Shown piece by piece: positions 39,292-50,265 of a stretch of 64,000 nucleotides of DNA. The notes under the pieces were generated by a model. The model made no database searches. It had not been told where the DNA came from and worked only from the letters and a program-made list of their open reading frames with translations. The stretch's first letter is position 1; every line of letters begins with the position of its first letter. The translations under genes were made by a program, and so were the position numbers. This DNA comes from a virus (lineage: Duplodnaviria > Caudoviricetes), in IMG/VR virus record IMGVR_UViG_3300028805_000037, positions 160,001-224,000 of that record; one strand, 5' to 3'.

Positions 39292-40809
39292 ATGGAAGAT
39301 ATAGAATCACAAGATTTACAAGAATCATTTTCTGATAATGAAATACAACTTTTAAATAAAATATATATAAAATTAGAAAAAGTATTAAAAAAAGATGATC
39401 TAGAAGTTTTAAGTGATATTTTAGATAAAGCTGGTGTAAATACAAATATATTTAAAGAAATAGAAGAACTTGATAATAATTATAATTCTACTGTAAAAGA
39501 AGAAGATAAAAAAGAAATAGAATATGAAATGTATAATGGTAAAAAGATTGAAATAAATGATGATTATAAAAAGGCATTTAAAATAATAGATAAAAATGAA
39601 AATATATTTATTACTGGTGAAGCTGGAACTGGTAAAAGCCAATTTTTAAAGATTTTAAAGAACAGATTAAGAAAGCAAGATAAAAGATATGTAGTATTAG
39701 CACCTACTGGAGTAGCTGCTTTGAATGTAGGTGGTGAGACAATACATAGTTTTTTTAAATTTAGTATACATAATATAAGACCACATATAGTAGAAAAGAA
39801 AAAAGAACTTTTTGAAAATCTTGATTGTGTTATAATAGATGAAGTGAGTATGTTACGCGCTGATTTAATGGATTATATTGATGAAGCATTACAAATTAAT
39901 AAAGGTAATAGTACACTTTTTGGTGGTTGTCAGATGATATTTATAGGTGATTTAAGTCAACTACCACCGGTTACAATGAAAGAAGAATTACCTTTATTTA
40001 CAGTAATATATAAAACACCATATTTTTTAAGTGCAAGGTGTATAGAAATACAAAAATTAAAAATGGTTAAATTTAGTAAGATATATAGACAAAATGATAC
40101 TAAATTTATTGAAATGTTAAATCAAGTAAGAAGAGGACAAGTAACTTATGATACAATAAATACTTTAAATACAAGATGTGGTTATTTAAATGAGAACAAT
40201 ATTTTAGTTACTACTACAAATAAAGTAGTTAAAAATCATAATAATAAGATGATAAATAAATTACCAGGTGAAGAAAAACATTTTAAAGCCGAATGTGAAA
40301 ATATAAGTTATGATGAACTTGATAAATATGGTATTGAAAAAGAAATTATTATTAAAAATGGTTGTAAAATAATGTTTCTTAATAATAATTATGAGCAAGA
40401 TTGGGTGAATGGTAGTCTTGGTAAAATAACACATATAGGTAATAATGAATTAAAAGCTGAACTTGAAAATGGAAGAACTGTGACAATTAATAGAGTAGAA
40501 AATGATATAAATAGTTATAAATGGGATGAAGAAAATAAAGAAATAAGTGTAGAAAAACAAGCAAGTATAATTCAATTTCCTATTAAATTAGCTTATGCAA
40601 CAACTATACATAAATGTCAAGGTATGACTTTTGATAAGATTAATCTTGATTTAAGTTTTGGCACATTTGCACCAGGACAATTATATGTAGCATTAAGTAG
40701 AGCAACTAGTCTTGAAGGAATAACATTAATAAGACCAATAAGACCTAAAGATATTATTCTTGATGGTAGAATTGATGATTTAATTAAAAATACTTGCGAG
40801 GTATTATAA
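39292..40809 (+). CDS. Pif1/RecD-like superfamily 1B helicase
   Basis: GEAGTGKS, LAPTGVAA, IIDEVSM, GDLSQLPPV, AYATTIHKCQGMT, YVALSRA. Confidence 0.93.
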   Translation: MEDIESQDLQESFSDNEIQLLNKIYIKLEKVLKKDDLEVLSDILDKAGVNTNIFKEIEELDNNYNSTVKEEDKKEIEYEMYNGKKIEINDDYKKAFKIIDKNENIFITGEAGTGKSQFLKILKNRLRKQDKRYVVLAPTGVAALNVGGETIHSFFKFSIHNIRPHIVEKKKELFENLDCVIIDEVSMLRADLMDYIDEALQINKGNSTLFGGCQMIFIGDLSQLPPVTMKEELPLFTVIYKTPYFLSARCIEIQKLKMVKFSKIYRQNDTKFIEMLNQVRRGQVTYDTINTLNTRCGYLNENNILVTTTNKVVKNHNNKMINKLPGEEKHFKAECENISYDELDKYGIEKEIIIKNGCKIMFLNNNYEQDWVNGSLGKITHIGNNELKAELENGRTVTINRVENDINSYKWDEENKEISVEKQASIIQFPIKLAYATTIHKCQGMTFDKINLDLSFGTFAPGQLYVALSRATSLEGITLIRPIRPKDIILDGRIDDLIKNTCEVL

Positions 40810-40868
40810 TTATGTTTGATTATTTAACATTATTATAAATTGTTTTAGTAATATATGAGGTATTGATA

Positions 40869-41056
40869 ATGTGGATAAAAGTCAATACAAATAACTTAAA
40901 AAAGTAGAGAAAATTCTTGAAGAAAATGGCTATGAGGTATTAGAAAATTATGATGATGAAATATTAAATAGACAAAAATGTTGTCCAAAATGTGGAGATT
41001 CAGAATTTTTTGATATTTATGAAAATAAATGTAATCATTATGGATGGGAAGGTTAA
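40869..41056 (+). pseudogene. small zinc-ribbon gene needing a -1 shift at A AAA AAG
   Basis: MWIKVNTNNLKK* then -1 frame VEKILEENG...CPKCG...CNHYGWEG. Confidence 0.5.
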
Positions 41057-41091
41057 TATATAATTAAAACAAAAATAGAGGTTAAAATAGA

Positions 41092-43353
41092 ATGAAAAAA
41101 ATAAGAGATAATATTTTAAGTTGGTGTAATAATCCAGAAGAAGGAGCTATTGAACAAGCACAGCATTTAGCTGAACATCCTTGGCTCGTTGGTAATGTTT
41201 GTTTAATGCCAGATACACATGCAGGAATGGGTATGCCAATTGGAGGTGTAGTTGCACTTGATAAAGCTATATGTCCTAATATGGTTGGTGTTGATATCGG
41301 ATGTTTTACTAAAGATACTAAAGTTGCTCTTGCTGATGGAAGAAATTTAACATTTGATGAATTAATAAAAGAATCTAACAAAGAACATTATGGTTATTCA
41401 ATTGATAAAAATGGAAATGTTCAAATTTCTAAATTAGAGTATCCTAGAAAAATTAGAAATGATAATAAATTATTGAAAATAACTTTAGATAATAATAAAA
41501 TTATTAAATGCACATTAGATCATATTTTTTATAAAAGAGATTGTTCACAAGTTGAAGCTAAAAATTTAAAAATTGGTGATTCATTATATCCATTTGACAT
41601 ACAATATGCTAAAAATGTTTTAAATAATGTTGGAAATGATGAGCATTTATGTATTTTTGATGGTAAAAAATCTGAATATGTATATATTCATATATTATCT
41701 GATGCTTATAATGAAAGACATAATTTAACACAAACATTTTATAAAAGAGGTTTTGTTAGACATCATAAAGATTTTAATAAATTTAATAATAATCCTACTA
41801 ATATAACAAGAATGTTATATGAAGATCATTTTAAAATACATGCAGATAATATTAAATATACTAATAAAATAGGTATTACTAGTTATATTGCAGCTAATAA
41901 AAAACATCCTGGACTTTATAAAAGAGCATCTATTAAAAGGGCACAGTCTACATGGCAAGGTAAAAATAAAATAATTAATAAAATTAAAGCTCAAAAACGT
42001 TTTGTTTTATTAAACAAATCGTATGAAATGAGAAGAAAAAATAGTGAAAGACAAAAATTATTTAATACTAATAAATTTTCAGAATTAAATTCACAAGAAT
42101 GGATGAAAAATAGAATAAAAATAGGTAAAATAAAAAAGATATTAAATTATTTAATACAAAATAATTTAGAAATTAATGAATACAATTATAATAATGCCAG
42201 AAAACATTTTTATAATTATAGTTTTTATTCTAAAGCAAAATCATTATTAAATTCTTTAGGTTTAACTTTTGAAAAAGTTGCTAATGGAGAAACTGTAAAA
42301 AATCATAAAATTATAAAAATTGAAGAAATTGCAGGTGAAGATGTTTATTGTTTAACTTGTAAAGAATTTGGAAATTTTGCATTAGAAGCAGGTGTTTTTG
42401 TACATAATTGCGGAATGTTGGCAGTAAGAACAAATTTAGAAGAAATATCAATAGAAAGTTTAAAACAAATATTAGGTAAAATAAGAGAAACAATACCATT
42501 AGGTTTTGACCATCATAAACAACCTCAACAACATGAAATTTTTGATTTACCTGATTGGGAAGAAACAATAATTTGTAAGCAAGAATATATTTCTGCACAA
42601 AAACAAATAGGAACTTTAGGTGGTGGTAATCACTTTATAGAGATACAAAAAGGTTCTGATGGTAATATATGGTTTATGATACATTCTGGCTCTAGAAATT
42701 TAGGGTATAAAGTTGCAAATTATTATAATAAAATTGCTAATGAATTATGTTTAAAATGGAAACAAGATAAAATAGTAAAAGATCAAATAGCTGTATTACC
42801 TATTGGAACAAAAGAAGCTAATGATTATATCAATGAAATGAATTTATGTTTAGCATTTTCTAATGCTAATAGAGAACTTATGTCAAATTTTATTAAAGAA
42901 ATATTTTATAAGGTTTTAGGTAATGATGTTCAATTTGATGAAGCTATAAATATTCAACATAATTATGCTATTATTGAAAATCATTATGGCAAAAATGTTT
43001 GGGTTCATAGAAAAGGTGCAACATTAGCAAGAAAAAATACTATTGGTATTATTCCTGGTTCACAAGGAACAAGTTCGTATATAGTTAAAGGCTTAGGTAA
43101 TGAAGCAAGCATGTGTTCTTGTTCACATGGTGCAGGTAGAAAAATGTCAAGGACTAAAGCAAAACAAGAACTTGACCTTAAAACTGAACAAGAAAAACTT
43201 GATAAAAAAGGTATATTACATGCTATTAGAGGTAAAAATGATTTAGAAGAAGCCAGTTCTGCATATAAAGATATAGATGTAGTGATGGAAGAACAAAAAG
43301 ACTTAGTTGAAATATTAATTAAATTACAACCACTTGCAGTGATAAAGGGATAA
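41092..43353 (+). CDS. rtcB: RtcB RNA ligase containing an intein
   Basis: MPDTHAG, VGVDIG[C], GTLGGGNHFIE, HSGSR, HRKGAT, SHGAGR, AYKDI. Confidence 0.95.
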   Translation: MKKIRDNILSWCNNPEEGAIEQAQHLAEHPWLVGNVCLMPDTHAGMGMPIGGVVALDKAICPNMVGVDIGCFTKDTKVALADGRNLTFDELIKESNKEHYGYSIDKNGNVQISKLEYPRKIRNDNKLLKITLDNNKIIKCTLDHIFYKRDCSQVEAKNLKIGDSLYPFDIQYAKNVLNNVGNDEHLCIFDGKKSEYVYIHILSDAYNERHNLTQTFYKRGFVRHHKDFNKFNNNPTNITRMLYEDHFKIHADNIKYTNKIGITSYIAANKKHPGLYKRASIKRAQSTWQGKNKIINKIKAQKRFVLLNKSYEMRRKNSERQKLFNTNKFSELNSQEWMKNRIKIGKIKKILNYLIQNNLEINEYNYNNARKHFYNYSFYSKAKSLLNSLGLTFEKVANGETVKNHKIIKIEEIAGEDVYCLTCKEFGNFALEAGVFVHNCGMLAVRTNLEEISIESLKQILGKIRETIPLGFDHHKQPQQHEIFDLPDWEETIICKQEYISAQKQIGTLGGGNHFIEIQKGSDGNIWFMIHSGSRNLGYKVANYYNKIANELCLKWKQDKIVKDQIAVLPIGTKEANDYINEMNLCLAFSNANRELMSNFIKEIFYKVLGNDVQFDEAINIQHNYAIIENHYGKNVWVHRKGATLARKNTIGIIPGSQGTSSYIVKGLGNEASMCSCSHGAGRKMSRTKAKQELDLKTEQEKLDKKGILHAIRGKNDLEEASSAYKDIDVVMEEQKDLVEILIKLQPLAVIKG
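41302..42408 (+). mobile_element. 369-aa intein with an HNH-like endonuclease, in RtcB
   Basis: Begins CFTKDT, block B CTLDHIF, ends VFVHN|C; internal HHKDFNKFNNNPTNI. Confidence 0.93.
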
Positions 43354-43559
43354 TTATTAAATAATTATTTTGTTTGTAATTGTAATCAAAAAATTTAAGG
43401 TAGATAAATGAAAGATTTAATTGAAATATTGATATATGGTTTAATTGCATTTTTAATTGTTTTTATAGGAATTGAATTAGCATCTGAGATGATTAGATTT
43501 ATAGTAATGAATAACATCTATTAAAATTTTTATATAAAATATATATGTGAGGTTATGTA

Positions 43560-43745
43560 ATGAAAGTAAAACAAATTATAGAAAAATTACAAAAATATGA
43601 TGGTAATTGTGAATGCGAAATTTATGTTGCTAGTGGTTGTGAATCACAAAAAATTTTAAAAGTTAAAAAAAGTATTGTTGATAAAAATAAAGTTATTATT
43701 TTTCCAAAATATGTAATGACATCACATTTAATGGAGATAAAATGA
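43560..43745 (+). CDS. hypothetical protein
   Basis: MKVKQIIEKLQKYD start common in small phage proteins; GAGG RBS. Confidence 0.6.
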   Translation: MKVKQIIEKLQKYDGNCECEIYVASGCESQKILKVKKSIVDKNKVIIFPKYVMTSHLMEIK

Positions 43746-44227
43746 AATACAAATTTAAAATAGATTATATGTCAGAAAATGATATTAGTATTTTTAAAGA
43801 TCAAATTGTTGATGTTAAAACTGTTTTTGATAATGAAAATAGTAAACCAGATTGTTTAATTGCTTGGGATGAAAAACAAGATGATGGATCATTTGTCAAA
43901 TATGAGACATATATTACATTAGAAGCATTACAATTTTGTACTGAACCTTATATAGATAAAGAAAAAGAAGTTAATTGCTATAAATGTATAAGATGGAAAA
44001 ATTGTTTAACAACAAATTATAATAATATGGGTGTTAAACATTGTGCTAGATATTTGGAGAATTGTTTTTATTTAACAGATAAAGATATCGAAAATGTATG
44101 TAAAAAATGTATGAAAAATCCTAATCAATGTTCTAACGCTAATCAAAGAGAAAAATGTAAATGGAATTTTGATGAAGAAGGCAAACCTAAAAAAGAAATA
44201 AAAGGTATAGATTATGTTTCAAGATAA
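43742..44227 (+). CDS. Cys-rich hypothetical protein
   Basis: CYKC, CKKC; coupled ATGA start. Confidence 0.6.
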   Translation: MKYKFKIDYMSENDISIFKDQIVDVKTVFDNENSKPDCLIAWDEKQDDGSFVKYETYITLEALQFCTEPYIDKEKEVNCYKCIRWKNCLTTNYNNMGVKHCARYLENCFYLTDKDIENVCKKCMKNPNQCSNANQREKCKWNFDEEGKPKKEIKGIDYVSR

Positions 44228-44945
44228 AATTTTAGATAAATATAAATTTTTATTAAAAAGTAATTGTCAAATATGTAAAAATTTAGATGAATTATGTCAA
44301 AATTGTTTTAACAAATTATTAAATGCACAAAGATATATTAATTCTGGTATACCTTTAAAATATATAGATTTACCTTTAGATGTATTTAATAAAAATGTTA
44401 ATGAAAATAATAAAACAGTAAGTGAAACTATAATTAGAAAAAGAAATGATGTTTATAATAATGTAGTAAATTATATTAATAATATACAATATAATATAAA
44501 TTTAGGTAAAGGTATATTATTTTATGGTAGTTTTGGAACAGGTAAGTCTACATTAAGTATGAACATAGCAAAAGTAGCTTGTGATATAAATTTTAAATGT
44601 AAAGTGAGAGAATTTAGTGAAATAGTTAAGATATCACAAACAGGAACAGAAATTGATAGTGAACAACCTTGTGATATACTTAATGAAATAACAAATTGTG
44701 ATTTATATTGTATTGAAAATATAGATTATGTTTATGCGAAAAAAGAATCTGATTTTGTTAAAATGTTATTTGATAATATAATAAGTTTAGCAAATAAGTA
44801 TTCAATATCATTAATAATAACTACAAATATGAAACCAATTGAAATGAATAAAAGATTTAATGAACATGTATATTCAGTTTTACATGAAATATGTAATGTA
44901 TATGAAGTTCCAGGCTTAGATGTAAGATTAAATAATAAAAAGTAA
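44214..44945 (+). CDS. DnaC/IstB-like helicase loader ATPase
   Basis: SGIPLKY, GILFYGSFGTGKS, LIITTN. Confidence 0.85.
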   Translation: MFQDKILDKYKFLLKSNCQICKNLDELCQNCFNKLLNAQRYINSGIPLKYIDLPLDVFNKNVNENNKTVSETIIRKRNDVYNNVVNYINNIQYNINLGKGILFYGSFGTGKSTLSMNIAKVACDINFKCKVREFSEIVKISQTGTEIDSEQPCDILNEITNCDLYCIENIDYVYAKKESDFVKMLFDNIISLANKYSISLIITTNMKPIEMNKRFNEHVYSVLHEICNVYEVPGLDVRLNNKK

Positions 44946-44992
44946 AATTTTATATAATATATAAATGTGGAAAATATAAAGGAGAATATAAA

Positions 44993-45193
44993 ATGGCCGA
45001 TAATATCAAAGATAAAGAAATTGATATGAAAGTAAAAGAAGCAGATGTTACAGTAACATTGTTTAATGATAAGAAAGAAGTTTTTAAACATGCAAATGTT
45101 ATATTTTCAGCTGCTAATTTTATTAGATTCACAACAGGAAATCAATACATAGCCTATTCTGGAAATTTTAAAACAGAAAGGGAATTAAATTAA
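44993..45193 (+). CDS. hypothetical protein
   Basis: AAGGAG RBS and promoter motif upstream. Confidence 0.6.
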   Translation: MADNIKDKEIDMKVKEADVTVTLFNDKKEVFKHANVIFSAANFIRFTTGNQYIAYSGNFKTERELN

Positions 45194-45207
45194 AAGGAGA
45201 AGAAGAA

Positions 45208-45927
45208 ATGGTAAAAACTTTAGAAGAAATGTTAAAAGAAAATGGTATTAACACAAATCAAGAACAAAAAGCAGCACAACCTCAACAGCAAGTAGTAAAT
45301 CAACAGCCTCCAAATTTTGTACCTTCAGCGGAATATGTTATTCCAACACAACAAGTTCCAACACAAGTTGTAACTCAACAAGCACAACAACCTCAACAAC
45401 CTCAACAACCTCAACAACCTCAACAACAAGTGGTTCCAGTACAAACTTATAATGGACAACCTCAACAGCAACAAGGTAATTTTTATAGACCAACTGTTTT
45501 AATGTCAAGTGAAGACGTAAGTAATCTTGATATAAAGAAATTTTTAGGAGATGCAACAGGTGGTGGAGTAAAATTAGAAGAAGATTTTTATCTTGTTGAA
45601 TGTGTAGGAATAGAATTGATAAAAGATAAAGATTTTAATTCTGGACTTGAAGTAAATAAATATAGATTTTCATTAAAAGTTTTATCTTCATCTAGTGGAA
45701 CACCAATTGATGGAGTAGTATTGCATAAGAAAACATCTTTAAGTTTCGGTGATAGATCAAATAATTATGCAATATATAAAGCTTTTATGGGACATGTTCC
45801 ACAAGGCAAATATAATATACTTGAATGTAAAGGTAAAAGGTGTATGATAAGAGTTGAAAATAAACCTTCAAATACTGGTGGAACATTTTCAGTTATAACT
45901 TTATTTGCACCAGCACCAAAAAAATAA
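45208..45927 (+). CDS. putative single-stranded DNA-binding protein with a Q/P-rich N-terminus
   Basis: OB-like C-terminal half; (CAACAACCT)x4 at 45385-45420; sits before recA. Confidence 0.55.
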   Translation: MVKTLEEMLKENGINTNQEQKAAQPQQQVVNQQPPNFVPSAEYVIPTQQVPTQVVTQQAQQPQQPQQPQQPQQQVVPVQTYNGQPQQQQGNFYRPTVLMSSEDVSNLDIKKFLGDATGGGVKLEEDFYLVECVGIELIKDKDFNSGLEVNKYRFSLKVLSSSSGTPIDGVVLHKKTSLSFGDRSNNYAIYKAFMGHVPQGKYNILECKGKRCMIRVENKPSNTGGTFSVITLFAPAPKK

Positions 45928-45937
45928 TAAAAATTTT

Positions 45938-45972
45938 ATATGGAAGAGAAAATAAAAAATTCTCTTCCATAT
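45938..45972 (+). terminator. stem-loop/terminator
   Basis: ATATGGAAGAGAA / TTCTCTTCCATAT 13-bp inverted repeat. Confidence 0.65.
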
Positions 45973-46000
45973 TTGTCAATTAAAATAGAAGGAGAAATAT

Positions 46001-47071
46001 ATGGAAAAGAATAATAAATTAATGGATGCAATTAAACTTATTAATAAAAAATATTCTAAAGAAAATGGTGGTGATGTAATAAGTTTAGATGTAAAACCAA
46101 TTAATAAAATTACATCTGGAAGTATAGCAATTGATGCTGCAACAAATTCTTGTGGAATTCCTGAAGGAAGAATCTATGAATTTTTTGGTAAAGAATCTTC
46201 TGGAAAAACAACAATAGCTTTAATTATAGCTCAAGAATATTTAAAAAATAATAAAAATGTTTTATATATAGATGCAGAACAAGCTTTTGATCCACAATGG
46301 GCAAAAAAGATTGGAGTAGATGTAAATAATGAAAATTTTATTTTAGTTCAAGAATATATACTCGAAAATGTATTTAATATAATACAAACAATGATTGAAG
46401 AAGGTGACGTTAAATTAGTTATTGTTGATAGTTTAGCGGCACTTGCTCCTAAAGATGATAGAGTTATGGATGATCCAGCATCAGGTGGTATGCCAATTAA
46501 AGCTAAAATATTAAATAGATTATTAAGAATATTAACTCCAATTGCAGCACAAAATAATGCAAATGTTATATTTATAAATCATGAAATGGAAGATATAGGC
46601 AAAATGGGTTTTGGTGAACGCACTACGACTCCAGGAGGAAAAGCGTTGAAATTCTTTTCTTCAATGAGATTAAGAGTAATAAGAATAGGAACAGAAAAAG
46701 ATAAAAATGATGTAAAAATACAAAATAGAATAAAACTTAGTTTTGTTAAAAATAAAGTTGGTAAACCTTTCGGAGAAAGTGAATTAACATTAAATTTTGA
46801 TAAAGGCTTAGATAAAGTTAGAGAAATTATTGATTTTGCTATAAATTATGATATAATACAGAAAAAAGGAACAAGATCATATTTGTATAATAATGAACAA
46901 ATAGCTAGTTCATTTAAAGAATTATATGAAAAGATTAATAGTGACATAAATTTTCAAAAAGAGCTTAAAGATAAGATTTATATTATAATGAAAGATAAAG
47001 TTGTTTTAAATAATGAATCTGAAGTTCAGGATGAAAAAGAAGAAGTAATAGAACAAATAGAAAAGGAATAA
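46001..47071 (+). CDS. recA: RecA recombinase
   Basis: GKESSGKTT, YIDAEQAFD, VIVDSLAAL, TTPGGKALKF, VKNKVG. Confidence 0.96.
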   Translation: MEKNNKLMDAIKLINKKYSKENGGDVISLDVKPINKITSGSIAIDAATNSCGIPEGRIYEFFGKESSGKTTIALIIAQEYLKNNKNVLYIDAEQAFDPQWAKKIGVDVNNENFILVQEYILENVFNIIQTMIEEGDVKLVIVDSLAALAPKDDRVMDDPASGGMPIKAKILNRLLRILTPIAAQNNANVIFINHEMEDIGKMGFGERTTTPGGKALKFFSSMRLRVIRIGTEKDKNDVKIQNRIKLSFVKNKVGKPFGESELTLNFDKGLDKVREIIDFAINYDIIQKKGTRSYLYNNEQIASSFKELYEKINSDINFQKELKDKIYIIMKDKVVLNNESEVQDEKEEVIEQIEKE

Positions 47072-47119
47072 GAATAAGAATTTTATATAATATATTATAA
47101 AATTAAATAGAAACAATTT

Positions 47120-50100
47120 ATGGAAAATACTTATAGTTTAATTCATTGTCATACATATTTTTCTTTTGCTGATTCAGTAATAGATCCAAAAAGATTAGTG
47201 AAAAGGTTAAAAGAGTGTAATATTAATAAAGTAGCTTTAACAGATCATGGTAATTTACACTGTATATATAGATTTGGCAAAGTATTAAAAGAAAATAATA
47301 TTACATATTTTCCAGGTTGTGAATTTTATTTTACAAATGATGTAAAACTTAAAGATAATGAACATAGAAAATCATATCATTTAATTATTATAGCAAAATC
47401 TGAAAAAGGCTTAAAGAATCTTTACAAATTATCATCGTTATCATATATTGATGGTTTTTATTATAAACCAAGAATTGATTATGAATATCTTAAACAATAT
47501 AATGAAGATTTAGTATGTTCTTCTGCTTGCATTCAAGGTATTATTGGTAGTTTAATACTTGAAGATAAATATGAAGAAGCTAAAATTGAAGCACAAAAAT
47601 TTAAAGATATTTTTGGAGATAGATTTTATATTGAAATAATGCCACATAATCTTCCAGAGCAAGTAAAAGCTAATATACAATTAATTAAATTATCACAAGA
47701 ATTAAATATTAAATTAGTTGCTAGTAATGATTGTCATTTAATAAATAGAGAAGATGCAGAATATAGAAGATTTTTAATGTTAATGTCAAAAGCAAGTTGG
47801 GCTAAAACTGATGAAGATCTTGGTAAATTAGATTCTATATGTATAATGAATAAAAATGATTTAAAAAGAGAATTTATTATAAATAATTCAGAAATTAATG
47901 AAAATATTATTGAAGAAGCTATTAATAATACAAATGAAATGTTAAGTGGTGAACAAATTAAATTAGTAGATGAACAAATTAAATTACCATCTTATGGAAC
48001 TGAACAAGAAATAGAAAAAAAGATGTTAATTTCAATAATGAATTCATTAAAAGAAAAAAATCTTTTTAATAATAAAAAATATACTGAAAGAGCAGCTTAT
48101 GAATTTGAAGTAATTAAAAAAGCAGGTTTTATTAATTATTTTTTAGTTGTTCAGGAATTATTTGATTGGTGTAGAAAAAATAATATAATAACCGGATTCG
48201 CAAGAGGGAGTTGTGGGGGTTCTTTAATTGCATATCTTTTAGGTATAACAAAAATAGATCCGTTAAAATTTGATTTAATTTTTGAAAGATTTTATAATGC
48301 TGGTAGAACTGGTATTGGAGCAGCTCCAGATATTGATAGCGATTTTGAAGATGAACGTAGATCTGAAGTTATTAAACATCTTGAAGATAAATATGGAAAA
48401 GAAAATATATCACAAATATGTAATATAAGTGAAATAAAAATAAAAACTGGTATAAGAGATTGTGCAAGAGTTTTAAATATACCATTAAATATAGTTAATA
48501 AAATTTCTTCAGATGTTGAATGGGATTCTTTTGAAGCATTAGAAGATGCAGAAGAAATGAATCCAAAAGCAGCTGAATATATAAAACAATATTCTGAATT
48601 ATTTTCAAAAGTTAGATATTTTTTAAATTTTCCAAGACATATAGGTAAACATGCTGCAGGAATTGTTATATCATCAGAAAATATTGGTAATGTTTGTCCT
48701 ATGATGATAACAAAAGTAAAAGATGAATCTTTTTCTTTAAGTCAATTTGATAAAATAGATATCCCAAATACAGGTTTAATTAAATTTGATATTTTAGGTC
48801 TATCAACTTTAACATTTTTAAAACATATAATAAAAGCTATAAAAGAAGACTGTAATAAAGTTATTAATATGGATGAGATAGATTTAAATGATAAAAATAT
48901 TTATAGAGTTGTATTTAGTAATGGTATAACAGATAATGTTTTTCAGTTTGAATCTCCAGGAATGAAAATGTATTTACAAAAAATGAAACCTGAAACATTT
49001 GAAGATATAACAGTTTTAAATTCATTGTATAGACCAGCTGGTTTAATATCAGGTGCACTTGATAATTATATTAATAATAAATTGACTGGAACAGAAGTTA
49101 AAACTGGAATAAATGAACTTGATGAAATATTACGTAAAACAAGATATGTTATAGCTTTTGATGAACAAAAAATGCAAATAGTATCTAAATTTGGAGATTA
49201 TGATCCTGCAGAAACAAATTATTTTAGAAAACATTCAGATGAATTTCATGAAGATAAATATTTAGAAGATGGTAAAAAATATAAAGAAAAATTTATAAAC
49301 AATGCAATAAAGCATGGTTTAGATTCAGAAATGGCAAATAGATTATTTGAGGGTATGTGTGGTTATGCATTTTGTAGAGCTCATTCAGTTGCATATTCAA
49401 TATTAAGTTATTTATGCGCATGGTTTAAATATTATTATCCTTTACAATTTTTAAAAGCATCATTTTATATGTCAAAAAATGTAGATGATTCAAAATATAG
49501 TACAATAACTGCATTAAAAATGGCAAGACAATTTAATTTAAAGATAAAATCTCCAGATATTAACAAATCAAAAATGAGTTTTAATTTTATAGATGATAAT
49601 ATTTATTGGGGTTTAGTAAATGTTAAGGGTATAAGTACAGAAACAGCAAAGAAAATAGTAGAAATGCAACCATTTAGTTCATTTAATGATTTTGTTAGTA
49701 AATGTAAAGCAAAAAAGATAACAAAAAGAACAATACAACCATTAATTTTAATAGGTGCTTTTAATGAATTACCAAATTATAAGCAAGAAATAATTGAATG
49801 GTATAAAAATAGTAAATATAAAGAAAATATTGAAGAAATGTTACAAAAACCTTCTATGACTTATGAAACCGAATATTTAGGTTTAGTATTAAATAGTGAT
49901 ATTGATAGAAGTGATCCAAGATTAATGAATTGTATAAATCCAGATAAAATTAATGATCTTCCAGATAATTCTGAGTGTATAATTGTAGGTTATCTTGTAG
50001 ATATGAAAATTTTAAAAAGTAAATCTAATAAAATGTATGGTAAAATATTTATTGTAGATGATTATTTTAATAATTATGAATTAATTACTAGTGATAAATC

Positions 50101-50215
50101 AATAGAAGATATACAAATGAGGTGTGAAATAGGTGATTTAGTATTATGTGGAATAAAAAAATTAGAAACTAATAGATATTCATTAAATCGTTCACAATTA
50201 GTAAAATTTCAATAA
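47120..50215 (+). CDS. dnaE: DNA polymerase III alpha subunit
   Basis: PHP HCHT/TDHG; RGSCGGS; PDIDSDF; KHAAG; KFDILGL; AFCRAHSVAY. Confidence 0.96.
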   Translation: MENTYSLIHCHTYFSFADSVIDPKRLVKRLKECNINKVALTDHGNLHCIYRFGKVLKENNITYFPGCEFYFTNDVKLKDNEHRKSYHLIIIAKSEKGLKNLYKLSSLSYIDGFYYKPRIDYEYLKQYNEDLVCSSACIQGIIGSLILEDKYEEAKIEAQKFKDIFGDRFYIEIMPHNLPEQVKANIQLIKLSQELNIKLVASNDCHLINREDAEYRRFLMLMSKASWAKTDEDLGKLDSICIMNKNDLKREFIINNSEINENIIEEAINNTNEMLSGEQIKLVDEQIKLPSYGTEQEIEKKMLISIMNSLKEKNLFNNKKYTERAAYEFEVIKKAGFINYFLVVQELFDWCRKNNIITGFARGSCGGSLIAYLLGITKIDPLKFDLIFERFYNAGRTGIGAAPDIDSDFEDERRSEVIKHLEDKYGKENISQICNISEIKIKTGIRDCARVLNIPLNIVNKISSDVEWDSFEALEDAEEMNPKAAEYIKQYSELFSKVRYFLNFPRHIGKHAAGIVISSENIGNVCPMMITKVKDESFSLSQFDKIDIPNTGLIKFDILGLSTLTFLKHIIKAIKEDCNKVINMDEIDLNDKNIYRVVFSNGITDNVFQFESPGMKMYLQKMKPETFEDITVLNSLYRPAGLISGALDNYINNKLTGTEVKTGINELDEILRKTRYVIAFDEQKMQIVSKFGDYDPAETNYFRKHSDEFHEDKYLEDGKKYKEKFINNAIKHGLDSEMANRLFEGMCGYAFCRAHSVAYSILSYLCAWFKYYYPLQFLKASFYMSKNVDDSKYSTITALKMARQFNLKIKSPDINKSKMSFNFIDDNIYWGLVNVKGISTETAKKIVEMQPFSSFNDFVSKCKAKKITKRTIQPLILIGAFNELPNYKQEIIEWYKNSKYKENIEEMLQKPSMTYETEYLGLVLNSDIDRSDPRLMNCINPDKINDLPDNSECIIVGYLVDMKILKSKSNKMYGKIFIVDDYFNNYELITSDKSIEDIQMRCEIGDLVLCGIKKLETNRYSLNRSQLVKFQ

Positions 50216-50265
50216 TTTTAAAAATTTTATATAATATATTATAAAAATATTTAAAGGAGTAATAT

